Assembly (NCBI GenBank): GCA_965203555.1
Contig: CBDBCY010000004.1
Location: 1,824,001-1,888,000 of the forward strand
Direction of reading: 5' to 3'
Source: Acidimicrobiia bacterium
GTDB taxonomy: Bacteria; Actinomycetota; Acidimicrobiia; Spongiisociales; ZC4RG35
Length of the DNA: 64,000 nucleotides
Shown here: piece after piece, positions 20,398 through 32,735 of the stretch
Numbering within the stretch: the stretch's first letter is position 1
Layout of the letters: each line of letters starts with the position of its first letter
The notes under the pieces: generated by a model
Databases searched by the model: none
Seen by the model: only the letters and a program-made list of their open reading frames with translations
Told to the model about the DNA's origin: nothing
Position numbers and translations under genes: made by a program

Positions 20398-21363
20398 TCA
20401 TCCCTCCAACCGGGCCAGATTGTGGTGGGTTTGCATGTAGCGGACAGTACCGGTGCCGGCCCGCATCGTGACGCTGTGGGTAATGGCTTGATCATGGCGG
20501 AATTCGACGCCTTTGAGGAACTCCCCGGTAGTCACCCCGGTGGCGGCCAGATACGCCTCGTCGCCCCCCACCAGATCCGAAGTGGTCATCACCCGATCAA
20601 GATCCATGTCGTGATCAGCCGCATATCGACGTTGCCGGTGGGTACCGGCCCAGAGGCGAGTCTGGATCTCTCCCCCCATACACCGCATCGCGGCAGCCGC
20701 AATCACCGCTTCCGGCGATCCACCGATGCCCACCAGCAAATCGATGCCCGTCTCCGGTCGTGCGGTGGCGATGGCGGCGGAGACATCGCCATCACCGATC
20801 AACCTGATGCGCGCTCCGGCCTGACGTATCTTTCCTATGTAGTCCTGGTTTCGAGGTCGATCCAACACAATCACTGTCAGCTGGTCGAGATCCAGCCCTT
20901 TGGCCTTGGCGACCTGCTCCAAGTTGTGGCGGACCGGCGCCTCCAGATCAATCACACCGGCCGCCTCCGGACCCACCGCCAGCTTGTCCATGTATACCAG
21001 GCTGCCCGGAGGGAACATGGTGCCCCTCTCTGCCACCGCTATCACCGACAGAGCGCCCGGCCCTCCCCGTGCAGTCAAAGAGGTGCCGTCCACCGGGTCG
21101 ACGGCTATGTCAACCCGACTCCCGCTGCCGCTTCCCACCCGTTCGCCGTTGTGCAGCATCGGGGCATGGTCTTTTTCCCCCTCCCCGATCACCACCACGC
21201 CGTCCAAGTCGATGGTGCTCAGGCGCTCTCGCATCCCGTCCACCGCTGCCTGGTCAACCGCTTCCTTGTCGGCCCTGCCCTGCCAGTGAGCGGCCGCTAT
21301 CGCCGCCTGCTCGGTTACCTTGGCCAGATCCAGGGCATAGCTGGGACCCATGTCCGGGTTCAT
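20398..21363 (-). CDS. glpX: Fructose-1,6-bisphosphatase class II
   Basis: VVIGEGEKDHAPML, DIAVDPVDGT, YMDKL, DGDVS. Confidence 0.95.
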   Translation of the reverse strand: MNPDMGPSYALDLAKVTEQAAIAAAHWQGRADKEAVDQAAVDGMRERLSTIDLDGVVVIGEGEKDHAPMLHNGERVGSGSGSRVDIAVDPVDGTSLTARGGPGALSVIAVAERGTMFPPGSLVYMDKLAVGPEAAGVIDLEAPVRHNLEQVAKAKGLDLDQLTVIVLDRPRNQDYIGKIRQAGARIRLIGDGDVSAAIATARPETGIDLLVGIGGSPEAVIAAAAMRCMGGEIQTRLWAGTHRQRRYAADHDMDLDRVMTTSDLVGGDEAYLAATGVTTGEFLKGVEFRHDQAITHSVTMRAGTGTVRYMQTHHNLARLEG

Positions 21364-22553
21364 CACGACACCCTGATCACCAAGGCGTCCCCCTGACCCC
21401 CGCCACCGCAGAGGGCCGCCGCGCCCAAACCGCCTCCGGCTTCCCGCAGCGCGTTGACCAGGGTTACCACCAGCCGCGCCCCCGTGGCGCCGATGGGATG
21501 ACCGATCGCCACGGCCCCACCGTACACGTTGACTCTGTCGAACGGGATCCCCAGCATCTGGGCAGACCACAGAGCCACTGCCGCGAAGGCCTCGTTGATC
21601 TCAACCATGTCCAAGTCCGAAACAGCCAGATCAGCCCGTTTCAGAGCCACTCTGATGGCGTCGGCCGGACGCTCGTGGAGCGTGGCATCCGGTCCCGAGG
21701 ATTGACCGTAGGCTACGATCTCCGCCAGGATCGGCGCCCCGATCGCCTCGGCGGCGGAGCGACTTGCCACCACCAGGGCCGCCGCACCGTCAGAGATCTG
21801 GGAGGAGTTGCCGGCGGTGAGAGTTCCGTCCTCGGTGAAGGCCCGCCGCAGCCCACCCAGTTTCTCGACACTGATCCCCGATCTGATTCCCTCATCGGCC
21901 GCAACCTTCACCGGGCCGCCGCGGCGTTGCGGGACCTCCACTGCAACGATCTCACGGGCGAAGTGGCCCTCCTCGGTTGCCCGGGCGGCGCGCCGATGGC
22001 TTTCCGCCGACCATTCGTCCTGCTGAGTGCGGGTCACGCCCAACCGAGTGTTCACTCCATCCGACATCTCCCCCATTGTGGATTGATTGAAGGCGCAGAA
22101 CAGGCCGTCATGCAACATCACGTCCACCAATTGGCCGTCGCCCATCCGACGACCGGACCGGAAACCATGGAGCACATGCGGAGCGTTGCTCATCGATTCC
22201 ATCCCTCCCGCCACAATGAAATTGGCGTCGCCCAAACGAATCCCGTTGGACGCCAAACCCACCGCCGTCAATCCCGAGATACACACCTTGTTGACATTGA
22301 GGGCAGGGATAGTCATGGGCAGACCGGCTTTGACCGCTGCCTGGCGAGCAGTTATCTGGCCCTCGCCACCCACCAAGACATGGCCGAAAATGACTTCATC
22401 CACGTCACTTGAGGAAATGCCGGATCGGGCGACTGCCGCAGCAATAGCCCGGGCGCCCAGATCGACTGCCCTCAGCGGTGACAGTCCCCCCAGATAGCGC
22501 CCAACAGGGGTACGGGCGACGGAGCAAATGACTGGATTGTTGGAATTCATCAT
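21363..22553 (-). CDS. Acetyl-CoA C-acetyltransferase (thiolase)
   Basis: NKVCISG, AGGMESMS, EINEAFA, GHPIGATG, LCGGGG. Confidence 0.95.
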   Translation of the reverse strand: MMNSNNPVICSVARTPVGRYLGGLSPLRAVDLGARAIAAAVARSGISSSDVDEVIFGHVLVGGEGQITARQAAVKAGLPMTIPALNVNKVCISGLTAVGLASNGIRLGDANFIVAGGMESMSNAPHVLHGFRSGRRMGDGQLVDVMLHDGLFCAFNQSTMGEMSDGVNTRLGVTRTQQDEWSAESHRRAARATEEGHFAREIVAVEVPQRRGGPVKVAADEGIRSGISVEKLGGLRRAFTEDGTLTAGNSSQISDGAAALVVASRSAAEAIGAPILAEIVAYGQSSGPDATLHERPADAIRVALKRADLAVSDLDMVEINEAFAAVALWSAQMLGIPFDRVNVYGGAVAIGHPIGATGARLVVTLVNALREAGGGLGAAALCGGGGQGDALVIRVS

Positions 22554-22671
22554 CACCCGGAGGGTACCGGACGGCGGGTCGCTTTCTATCCGGGTAACCC
22601 GGATTGACCCGTAACCCCCATGCCCTGCATTTTGTCTAAAGGTTCGGACAGCGGGAAGCCTTCTTATCAAA

Positions 22672-23076
22672 TTGCTCAACTTGGACCATGTCGGAATAGC
22701 GGTGCACGATCTCGACCACACCCTGGACGAGTATCGGACCAAGTACGGCGTAACGCCCCTTTACCGGGAAACCGTCTCCTCCCAGGGCGTGGAGGAGGCG
22801 ATGATCCCATTGGGAGGGTCGTTCATCCAGTTGCTCCAACCACTGGGCGCCGACACTCCGGTGGGTCGCTTCCTGTACGCCAAGGGCGAGGGAGTCCATC
22901 ACCTGGCCTACGCGGTGGCCGATATCGAGGCCGCCCTGCATCACCTCAAAGGGCAGGGAGCGCAGCTGGTGGACACCGAGGCCCGCCCAGGCGGCGGCGG
23001 TACCCGCATAGCCTTCGTCCACCCCCGTGATCTGGCAGGAACCCTCATCGAGTTGGTGGAGCCGTCCGATGATTGA
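22672..23076 (+). CDS. mce: Methylmalonyl-CoA epimerase (VOC fold)
   Basis: DHVGIAV, IQLLQP, GEGVHHLAY.V, GTLIELVE; divergent from the thiolase. Confidence 0.88.
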   Translation: MLNLDHVGIAVHDLDHTLDEYRTKYGVTPLYRETVSSQGVEEAMIPLGGSFIQLLQPLGADTPVGRFLYAKGEGVHHLAYAVADIEAALHHLKGQGAQLVDTEARPGGGGTRIAFVHPRDLAGTLIELVEPSDD

Positions 23077-23314
23077 TCTTATAGAAATCAAAGGCGGCGC
23101 CGGCGACTACGAGGCAGCCGTGCTGGCAGCGGTTTTGGACCAGATGAGGAGACGGAGGCAGACGCTTCGAGCGCGCCGTCCGCACATCTCCAAGCCTCTT
23201 TCCGCCTGGATGAGAGCGGGTTCCCTCACTTCGGCCGATCCCCTGCCCCGCCCCGATCCGGGTGCCAACGGTGACACCGCCCCCACCAAACCGCCGGAGA
23301 CATCCTGGCTGTGA
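23069..23314 (+). CDS. Acyl-CoA carboxylase epsilon-subunit-like small protein
   Basis: IEIKGG...EAAVLAAVL...SAW; overlaps the end of mce. Confidence 0.55.
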   Translation: MIDLIEIKGGAGDYEAAVLAAVLDQMRRRRQTLRARRPHISKPLSAWMRAGSLTSADPLPRPDPGANGDTAPTKPPETSWL

Positions 23315-23431
23315 ACCCTGCCGGTGGCCGAGCGCACCAGTTGGCGTGACAGCTACCGAAAGGTGGTCTGGCCGGCCTCGGCCAGACCACTACGCTAGGG
23401 AGTACCAGTCCGTAAGCGAGGAAGTACCAGC

Positions 23432-24085
23432 GTGAAGTTGAGATTCGCAGAAGAAATCGTCCTGCTCCTGCTCCGAGACCACGACGGAAGATTCGTGCGG
23501 GTGCCGAACTGGTCGCTCGAATACGCCATGGCAGGCGGGGTATTGATGGACCTGGCCATGGAGAACCGAATCGACACCGACCTCGAGAACCTGATCCTGA
23601 TCGACTCCACGCCGGTGGGAGACAGCCTGCTCGACCCCACCTTGGCCGAGATAGCAGCCGACGGGGTGCACTCCACCCGGCACTGGATGGAACGAACGGT
23701 CGAACGCGCCGGCGATATCCACCAGGAGGCTCTTGCCAGACTGGTGGAACGCGGCATCTTGGAAAAGCAGGAAAAACGGTTTCTGTGGGCGTTCCGGGCC
23801 CGCCGCTATCCGCTGGTGGACGGCAGAGCCGAACGAGAAGTGAAATTACGCATCATGGAGGTCCTGTTCTCTGACGAGATCCCCGATCCCCGTGACATCA
23901 TGCTCATCTGCCTGGTCGATGCCTGCGGAATCTTCAATGAACTGCTGTCCAAGCACGAACTCGGCAATGCGGCCGATCGGATTGCCCAGGTGCGCCGGAT
24001 GGACCTGATCGGGCAGGCGACAACCCAGGCCATCCGTGACATCGAATTCTCGATCGCTGTGTCGGTACAACCGCACATGTATTGA
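23432..24085 (+). CDS. GPP34 (GOLPH3/Vps74-like) family protein
   Basis: LRFAEEIVLLLL, AGGVLMDLA..NRI, LVERGIL...RRYP. Confidence 0.85.
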   Translation: MKLRFAEEIVLLLLRDHDGRFVRVPNWSLEYAMAGGVLMDLAMENRIDTDLENLILIDSTPVGDSLLDPTLAEIAADGVHSTRHWMERTVERAGDIHQEALARLVERGILEKQEKRFLWAFRARRYPLVDGRAEREVKLRIMEVLFSDEIPDPRDIMLICLVDACGIFNELLSKHELGNAADRIAQVRRMDLIGQATTQAIRDIEFSIAVSVQPHMY

Positions 24086-24095
24086 GGTTCGGGCG

Positions 24096-25649
24096 CTACC
24101 TCCTTCCACCGGCCCACAGCGACCGCAACTCCCTGCTTCCCGACCACCAGGCCACTGTGGCGAACACCACTGCGACGGTCGCCCCTCCCGCCAGAAAGCC
24201 CCCCGCCGCTTCCGCCAACGACCAGGCGCCATTGGCTGGGAACAACCGGGCAACCCACCAGCCCGCTGCCGCCGCTGCGGTCCCCGCCAGCATGCAGCGG
24301 CCCAGACCCGCCGCCAGACGCCTTCCCTCCGCCCCCCGGCCCCGCATCCAATAGACGGTCAATCCGACGGCGTACGCCGCCATGGACAGGACGCTGGCCC
24401 AGACCAACCCCTGGACGTCCCAGGCGGCCACCAGCAACACCGACAGCAGGACCGCCAACGCCGCGGCCAGGGTGCCGATCAACACCGGAGGCCACATCTG
24501 TCGCTCTGCGTAGAAGGACCGCGCGATCACCTGATGAATACCCCACGCCGGGATCGTCAGCGCATAAAAGGACAGCAACCGAGCAACCAGTTCCGAATCG
24601 TCGGCGCTGAAGGCTCCCCATTGCAGAATCAGCCGCACCCCCGGACCCCCCACCGCCAGCACCGCCGCGGCCGCTCCCGTTCCCAGGAACAAGGTCATCC
24701 TGGCGGTCCGCAGGGTTGTTTCGGTCAACTCGTCGCTCCGGCCGGCCGCCGCCAGGGACGCCAGGAAGGGAAAGGCCGCCACTCCGGCTGCCTGAGCCAC
24801 CATCCCCACCGGCACCATGTTCAGCACCCGGGCGAAGGAAAGAGCGGAAATCCCCCCCTCCCCGGTCAGTTGGCCGAAAAACCGGATGAATTGCTCATCG
24901 AGGACCGCCACCGACTGGCCCACCATCAAGGGCAGCGCCAGCGCCAGATAGGTACGCACCGCCGGATGCCTCCAGGCCACCCCTTTCACCAGCCTCAATC
25001 CCACCCGGCGCGCCCCCCACCACTGGATCGAAAAATTCCCGATCGCCGCGCCGGCCAGGGCGCCCCACACGAACCCGTCGGCGGGTGGCGGATCAGCCAG
25101 AACACTTCCCGCCAGCCCTCCCACGATTATCGCCAGGTTGTAGATAATGGGGGCCGCCACGGGCGTCAGGAACCTCCGATGGGCGTACTGGTAGGCCATG
25201 AGCAGCGACCCTCCGACAAAGAACACCTGCGCGGGAAGGGCGATCCTGGTGAGCCGGATCACTTCTGCGAGTTGGCTGGGTGACAACCGGGGATAGACCA
25301 GTTCCAGAAGAGGGGTCGTCCAGATCATCAGCACGGCCGTCAGGACGATGGTGAGACCGGTCACCACCCTGAAGACGGCCACAAAAGCCTGGTTGCCGCC
25401 CAGTGAATCGTCCGCCTGCAATCGAGCGGTGAGGATCGGAACGAAGGTGATGGTCAGGTAGCCGCCGGCCAGCAGGTAGTTGAGCAGGTCGGGGACCAGG
25501 AAGGCCGCCCGGTAGACGTCTCCCACAGCATTGACTCCGATCAGGGCGGCCAGCATCGTCTCTCGGGCCAGCCCCAGAATCCTCGATAGCAGCACCCCCG
25601 CCGAGACCACCACCGCCGCGGCGCCCATCCCCATCGCTCTTCCCCTCAT
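24096..25649 (-). CDS. murJ: Lipid II flippase MurJ
   Basis: LSRILGLARE, AF.VPD, TFVPIL; many TM helices. Confidence 0.9.
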   Translation of the reverse strand: MRGRAMGMGAAAVVVSAGVLLSRILGLARETMLAALIGVNAVGDVYRAAFLVPDLLNYLLAGGYLTITFVPILTARLQADDSLGGNQAFVAVFRVVTGLTIVLTAVLMIWTTPLLELVYPRLSPSQLAEVIRLTRIALPAQVFFVGGSLLMAYQYAHRRFLTPVAAPIIYNLAIIVGGLAGSVLADPPPADGFVWGALAGAAIGNFSIQWWGARRVGLRLVKGVAWRHPAVRTYLALALPLMVGQSVAVLDEQFIRFFGQLTGEGGISALSFARVLNMVPVGMVAQAAGVAAFPFLASLAAAGRSDELTETTLRTARMTLFLGTGAAAAVLAVGGPGVRLILQWGAFSADDSELVARLLSFYALTIPAWGIHQVIARSFYAERQMWPPVLIGTLAAALAVLLSVLLVAAWDVQGLVWASVLSMAAYAVGLTVYWMRGRGAEGRRLAAGLGRCMLAGTAAAAAGWWVARLFPANGAWSLAEAAGGFLAGGATVAVVFATVAWWSGSRELRSLWAGGRR

Positions 25650-26515
25650 GACCCGGTCGCCCGGCGCAGTTTCGATAGAGGGGCGGCAGTCTCCTTCAAC
25701 TCTTCCAGTACCCGGTCGGGCACGGTCAGGTCCCCCCGGCCGACTCCCAGCCTTATCTCCTGCTTGAAACGCCCGTGATAGTCCGAACCCCCGGTGGGAA
25801 TCAAACCGTGCAGCCGGGCCAGCCTGGCGAGCGTGTGGCGGGTGGGCGGCTCGTACGCTCCGTAGTAGGCCTCCATGCCGTCCATTCCCTGAGCAGCCAG
25901 TTCGCCCAGCAATTCGGAAAGCTCACCGCCCTCCAATCCCAGGGTGAGGGGATGAGCCAGAACCGCCACTCCCCCCACCGCGTGCGCCATTTCAATTGCC
26001 TCAACGGAACCCAGCCGGTATCTCTCGGCGTAGGCGGGACATCCCCTGCCCAGATACCGTCTAAAGGCCTCCGGGATGTCGGCGACATATCCTTTCCTGG
26101 CCAGGAGGGAGGCAAAGTGGGGCCGGCCGATAGTTCCTTCGCCACCTTCCTTCTTCACTTCCTCCATGGTTACCTCCACCCCCAGGGACTGGAGATGTTC
26201 GGCTATCTGCAGGTTGCGGCGCATCCTGGCCCGGCGCACCGGCGCCAGCCGGGATTGGAGGAGGTCGGCGTCTGAAACCAGCAGCACCAGCATGTGCATG
26301 GCGCCCCCGCGCCAATCCAGGGACAACTCCACTCCCTCGACCAACTCTATGCCAGCGCCCCAAGCCGCCTCCTTGGCCTCCTTCAATCCCTGCGTTGTGT
26401 CGTGATCGGTGATCGCCACTGCCGACAATCCCAGGGCGGCGGCCGCCTCCACCAGTTGGAACGGCGAGTCGGACCCGTCGGAGGCGGTGGTATGCGTGTG
26501 GAGATCGACCCCCAT
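25646..26515 (-). CDS. PHP-domain phosphoesterase
   Basis: DLHTHTTASDG, AITDHDT, GRPHFA, GGSDYHG. Confidence 0.92.
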   Translation of the reverse strand: MGVDLHTHTTASDGSDSPFQLVEAAAALGLSAVAITDHDTTQGLKEAKEAAWGAGIELVEGVELSLDWRGGAMHMLVLLVSDADLLQSRLAPVRRARMRRNLQIAEHLQSLGVEVTMEEVKKEGGEGTIGRPHFASLLARKGYVADIPEAFRRYLGRGCPAYAERYRLGSVEAIEMAHAVGGVAVLAHPLTLGLEGGELSELLGELAAQGMDGMEAYYGAYEPPTRHTLARLARLHGLIPTGGSDYHGRFKQEIRLGVGRGDLTVPDRVLEELKETAAPLSKLRRATGS

Positions 26516-26528
26516 CCCAGGGGCCTGT

Positions 26529-27323
26529 TCAGGGTCCGACGGTTATCTCCACCGATTCGATATAAAGGGCTTCCCGGGGAAGGCTCTGTTCACCGGTGGG
26601 AGACAGGGAGGTCGGTATCTGGGCGATGAGGTCCAAAACTTCCAAGCCTTCGGTTATGCGACCCAAAACGTTGTATTGCGGGTTGAGGAACGGAGCGTCA
26701 TCCAGCATCCAGAAGAACTGGCTTCCGGTGGTGTTCTTCCCGGCGTTGGCCATGGCCGCAACGCCTACGTTGTACTGGTAGTCCTCGGGGGGATACTCGT
26801 CTGCGATCTCGTAGCCAGCGTCTTCCCGTCCGGTGGCGGAAGGATCGCCTCCCTGTACAACAAACCCCTGCAGAATCCGGTGGAAGACCGTACCGTCATA
26901 GAACCCCTGCCTGGCCAGGAATACGAAAGAGTTGACGGTCTCCGGATAGCTGGTGTCCAGTTCCATCACTACTTCCCCGCAGGAGGTTTTCACTCGGGCG
27001 ATGACTACGTCCCCGGGCACGATCCCCTGCGGTTCAAACCCCTCGAAGCTCATCGGCCGGAGGGGAGGAGGCACCGCCGCCTGGCAGGCTGGGGGTTTTT
27101 CACGGTATTCCCGGTAGGTGTCGGACAACTCCCCGGATGCTTCTCCTCCTTCGTCCTCACCTCCACCCAGGTTGCAGACCACCAGAACCGCAACCAGGAC
27201 GACGGCCATTCCCAGCCCGATACCCAACCTCTTCAGGTTTTCCTTGCGGGACTGTCTCTTTTTCTCCGCTTGCAGGCGCGCCGCTTTGGCGGCCTTTTGG
27301 CGCTGTCGCTTTTGCTTACCCAC
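26529..27323 (-). CDS. Membrane-anchored cyclophilin-type peptidyl-prolyl isomerase
   Basis: FYDGTVFHR, VQGGDP, AMANAG.NT.GSQFF; N-terminal TM helix. Confidence 0.93.
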   Translation of the reverse strand: MGKQKRQRQKAAKAARLQAEKKRQSRKENLKRLGIGLGMAVVLVAVLVVCNLGGGEDEGGEASGELSDTYREYREKPPACQAAVPPPLRPMSFEGFEPQGIVPGDVVIARVKTSCGEVVMELDTSYPETVNSFVFLARQGFYDGTVFHRILQGFVVQGGDPSATGREDAGYEIADEYPPEDYQYNVGVAAMANAGKNTTGSQFFWMLDDAPFLNPQYNVLGRITEGLEVLDLIAQIPTSLSPTGEQSLPREALYIESVEITVGP

Positions 27324-27608
27324 CTACAAATTCCCCCGTACATCAGATCTACCCGCGGCGCGCCCCTGAACCACAACTGTGGTGGGTCCGCACACGAACC
27401 GTACCGTGCCCCATTCTACGCCGCGCCTGTTCCCTGCGGGGCGGCGCGACAGTCGACGGATACGCCTCGAATGCCGTCCCCCCTGTCCGCCGGTGGGGAT
27501 TGGCGACTGTGCGCTGGGTAACGATGCCAAGTCCGGTCCGGCCAACCGCAGTCCCAGGGAGGCCGGAAAGCCGTAAGATTGTGGTAGCCTTCTTTCGCTC
27601 TCCTGGAT

Positions 27609-28849
<1,241 letters not shown>

Positions 28850-28853
<4 letters not shown>

Positions 28854-29863
28854 GCGTCGGCCTGGCCGTGGTGGGCGCCACCGGGGCAGTGGGTCGGACC
28901 GCGCTCGAAATCCTTGCCGACCGTAACTTCCCCATGGGTCAATTGCGCCTCTTTGCTTCGGCCCGGTCGGCCGGGAGGAAGCTCTCCACCGCCTGGGGAA
29001 AGGTGGAAGTGGAGGATCTGGCCGAAGTCGATCCAGAGGGAATCAAGGTGGCGATCTTTTCCGCCGGCGCCGCCCGGTCGAGGGCATATGCGGGGCGCTT
29101 TGTCGAAGCCGGGGCGGTGGTGATCGACAACTCCTCGTGCTTTCGGATGGATCCCGGCGTGCCCCTGGTGGTGGCGGACGTCAACGACCACGCCATCGGT
29201 TCACACCAGGGAATAATCGCCAATCCCAATTGCACAACCATGGTGCTGATGATGGCGGCGGCGCCTCTGCATCGGGCGGCGGGACTCCGTTCGATGGTGG
29301 CCACCTCCTTTCAATCGGTGTCGGGGTCCGGGCAGAAGGGAGTGACCGAGCTTTCCCAACAGATAGAGCACTTCAAAGGAGACCGTTCAGGCTTGACGCA
29401 GGGGGGTTGGGCCGATCCGGGCGGAGAGGTCTACAGCCGTCCCATAGGGTTCAATGTCCTGCCGCTGGCCGGATCCGAGACCGAACACCATTACACCGAC
29501 GAGGAGTGGAAGCTGGTCAACGAGTCCCGAAAGATCCTGGAGCATGCCGAATTGGCGGTCGAGCCCACCTGCGTGAGAGTGCCGGTGATGGTAGGCCACG
29601 GCGTGGCGGCCTCAATGTGGTTCAAACGTCCCCTAAGCCGAACCGAGGCCTTGGGCATTCTGTCCGAAGCACCCGGGGTGGAGGTATGGGACCATCTTCC
29701 CCCCACCCCCCTGGACAGCGCCGGCAAAGACCCGACACTGGTGGGCCGGGTCCGGGAGACGACGGGAGCGCCGGGAGGGATCAACCTCTGGGCGGTAGGC
29801 GACAACCTGCGCAAGGGGGCTGCGTTGAACGCCGTTCAGGTGGCCGAACAGCTGATGCTCTGA
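28850..29863 (+). CDS. asd: Aspartate-semialdehyde dehydrogenase
   Basis: VVGATGAVG, IANPNCTT, CVRVPV..GH, DNLRKGAALNAVQ. Confidence 0.97.
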
Positions 29864-29915
29864 GAAGTTCCCTGTTCCGGGTAGTGAGCTTGCTACCCCA
29901 GAGTGGCGTCTCGGG

Positions 29916-31682
29916 TCAGAATGCCCACAGTCGGGGAATGAAAATGACGGACAGTATCCAGAAGATGACATTGAGCGGCGCCCCGGCCCGCAAAAAGTCG
30001 GCGTACTTGTACCCCCCGGGGTTGTAAATCATGGTGTTGGTCTGGTAGCCCACCGGAGTTGAGAATCCGGTGGAGGCAGCGAACGTAATGGCCATCAGGA
30101 AAGGCCGGGGGTCCACGCCGACCTGCTCGGCGGTGGAGATGGCTATGGGGGCCAGCAACACCGCCGCCGCGGCGTTGCTCATCGTCTCGGTCATGATGGC
30201 GGTCAGTAGGTAAAAAGCGGCCAGGATGGCCACCGGACCCAGATCTCCCACCAGCGCCACGGTTTGTTCGGCCAGCCAACCCGCCGCTCCGCTGGTGTGC
30301 ATAGCCACACCCAGAGGAAGCACTCCGGCCAGGAGGAAGATCACCTGCCAGTTGATGGCGCGGTAAACGTCCTCTGGTTGAAGGATCCGGGTCATTACCA
30401 GGGCAACGCAGCCGAGCAGGGCGGCCACCAGAATCGGCAGGATATCGAACGCAGCCAAACCTACGACCACCACAAGGATCCCGATGGCCAAGGGCGCCTT
30501 GTGGCGCAGGACACTGCCAGGAATCTCATTCAGAACGATCAGATCGCTGCCGCGTCGCAGATCACGAATCTGCGCCTCTTGGGCCTGTATCAGCAGGGCA
30601 TCCCCCAAGCGGAGCCTGATCGAACTGAGTTTGTCGTTGATCGTTTCGCCCTTGCGCTGCATGCCCAGCACCAGCGCCCGGTAACGGTTGCGGAAGTCGG
30701 TTTCCTTGAGGGTGTGCCCGATGAGTCTCGAATCGGGCGCCACCAGGGCTTGAACGACGCGAAGATCCTGGCTCTGCAGGGTGTCGTCGCGCAGTTCGAA
30801 ATCGGCGTTGATTCTCAGGCCCATGGTTCCCCGGAGGCGGATGAGGTCGGGAAGAGACCCGCGGACCAGCAACACGTCATCAGGTTGGAGGGTCCTTCTC
30901 AGCGGTGCCCACCCGTCTTCCCCGGCGTTGCGCACCCTCAGAACAGTTATGTCGTGATCCTCTCCCAGCCTGCTTTCCAACACTGACTTTCCCACCAGGG
31001 GGGACCCGCCGCGAATCCTGAGTTCGGTGATGTATTCACCCAAGTGATATGCGATCGACAACTCCGGCGTGGGGCGGGCCGGCAACAACCATCGTCCGAA
31101 CAGCAGAAAAAACGCCACTCCGGCTGCAAATAGCACAAGGCCCATCCGCGTGAACTCGAACATGCTGAACGCTCCGTACCCCGCTTCCTCGGAGATCGCA
31201 CTCACCAGCAGATTGGTGGAGGTCCCGATCAGGGTGCAGACCCCCCCGAACTGGGAGGCGTAGGAAAGGGGGATCAGCAGTTTGGAGGCGGCGATTCTCC
31301 GTCGGTTGGCGAGAATGGTCACCAGGGGAATGAACACGGCCACCGCAGCCGTGTTGTTGACGAAAGCCGACATAATCGTGACCGTCACCATGATCACCAC
31401 CAGCGCCGTGTAGTGATTGCGGCTGAAGCGCACCATCAACCGGCCGACCGTGGCAGTGGCGCCGGTCTTCTGCAAACCGGCACTGAGAACGAACATGGCG
31501 GCCACGGTCAGCGTAGCCGGATTGCTGAACCCCGAGAAACCCTCCCCGACGGTCACCAGGCCCAAGACCAGTAACACTCCCAGACCCAGGATGGCGACGA
31601 TGTCCAGGGGGTACCGCTCGGAGACGAACAACACCACGACCCCAACCAGGACCCCCATCACTATGAGGCCCTCGCCCGTCAT
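29916..31682 (-). CDS. SLC13/DASS-family permease with TrkA-C domains
   Basis: GFSNPA, SAFVNNT, GGVCTLIGTSTN, TPVGYQTN. Confidence 0.92.
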   Translation of the reverse strand: MTGEGLIVMGVLVGVVVLFVSERYPLDIVAILGLGVLLVLGLVTVGEGFSGFSNPATLTVAAMFVLSAGLQKTGATATVGRLMVRFSRNHYTALVVIMVTVTIMSAFVNNTAAVAVFIPLVTILANRRRIAASKLLIPLSYASQFGGVCTLIGTSTNLLVSAISEEAGYGAFSMFEFTRMGLVLFAAGVAFFLLFGRWLLPARPTPELSIAYHLGEYITELRIRGGSPLVGKSVLESRLGEDHDITVLRVRNAGEDGWAPLRRTLQPDDVLLVRGSLPDLIRLRGTMGLRINADFELRDDTLQSQDLRVVQALVAPDSRLIGHTLKETDFRNRYRALVLGMQRKGETINDKLSSIRLRLGDALLIQAQEAQIRDLRRGSDLIVLNEIPGSVLRHKAPLAIGILVVVVGLAAFDILPILVAALLGCVALVMTRILQPEDVYRAINWQVIFLLAGVLPLGVAMHTSGAAGWLAEQTVALVGDLGPVAILAAFYLLTAIMTETMSNAAAAVLLAPIAISTAEQVGVDPRPFLMAITFAASTGFSTPVGYQTNTMIYNPGGYKYADFLRAGAPLNVIFWILSVIFIPRLWAF

Positions 31683-31866
31683 GCCAACACCGGGAACCGA
31701 ACCGTGAGCAACCCGCGGCGAATGCAAATGTCCACTTCGAACAGTTTACGGGTAGCGGCGGGAATGGGAAGCGTATCCCCGGTCACCGAATCGACCGACC
31801 TCGCGGCCCGGGCCGCGGGAGATTGACCCGATCCGGCCCCGTTTGCCCACAACTAGGCTGGCGGGC

Positions 31867-32706
31867 ATGACTTTGAGGATCACAACCTCCGACGGGACCC
31901 GGATCGCATATCACGAGGTCGGCGCCGGCGCCCCACCCATCCTGTTTGTCCACGGCATCTACGGCAACCGGCTCGGTTTCGGTCTCCAGGAGCGGTACTT
32001 TTCACCCAACCACCGCTGCGTGGCAGTCGATCTCCGGGGCAACGGCGACAGCGACAAACCCGACGAGCCCTACTCGATGGCGCAATACGCCGATGACGTG
32101 GCGGAGGTCATCGGCCACCTGGGACTGGGGCGGACCGTCCTGGTGGGCCACAGCATGGGTGGCCAGGTGGTCATCTCCGTCGCCGAGCGCCATCCCGAAC
32201 TGGTGGCGGCCGTGGCCAGCCTGGACTCGCCCAGCAACATCCCCGGATGGCAGGACCGCTTCCATGGACCCTTCGATCACCTCATGACTTTCGACGGGCC
32301 CTACCGGGAGACGGTCCGTTCCTTTCTCAGCGCCGCCTACCTCCCCACCGACAATCCGGCCTGGGTGGCAGGCCTTGAGGAGCGCCTCGCCGGCATACCC
32401 GACCATGTGATCGTCAGAGCCTGGCAAGCGATGAGCGCCTACGATCCCACAGAGTCGTTGCGCCGGATGAAGTGTCCCTACCTGTACATCGACAGCGGTC
32501 AACCTGACATCGATCTCGACCGCATCCGGGAACTCTGCCCGCAGTTGGTGGTAGGCAAAACGGTAGGCGCGGGGCACAAGGCTCTACAGGACGTGCCCGA
32601 TCAGATCAACGCCATGCTCAACCGCTTCATCCAGCACGCCGACGCCATCGCGGCGGAGATGATCCGCACCGGCGGAGTCTTCCAATACAACTTCCCTAAG
32701 ACCTGA
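31867..32706 (+). CDS. Alpha/beta-fold hydrolase, array copy 1
   Basis: FVHG, DLRG.G.S, nucleophile elbow GHSMGG, GAGH; TAGGCT 7 nt before ATG. Confidence 0.9.
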   Translation: MTLRITTSDGTRIAYHEVGAGAPPILFVHGIYGNRLGFGLQERYFSPNHRCVAVDLRGNGDSDKPDEPYSMAQYADDVAEVIGHLGLGRTVLVGHSMGGQVVISVAERHPELVAAVASLDSPSNIPGWQDRFHGPFDHLMTFDGPYRETVRSFLSAAYLPTDNPAWVAGLEERLAGIPDHVIVRAWQAMSAYDPTESLRRMKCPYLYIDSGQPDIDLDRIRELCPQLVVGKTVGAGHKALQDVPDQINAMLNRFIQHADAIAAEMIRTGGVFQYNFPKT

Positions 32707-32735
32707 AACCCACGACTGAACGGATCGCTTAACCC

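Noticed and set aside
27324-27608. Lysine riboswitch upstream of lysC
   Set aside because: No recognisable aptamer motif or terminator; reads as a divergent promoter region
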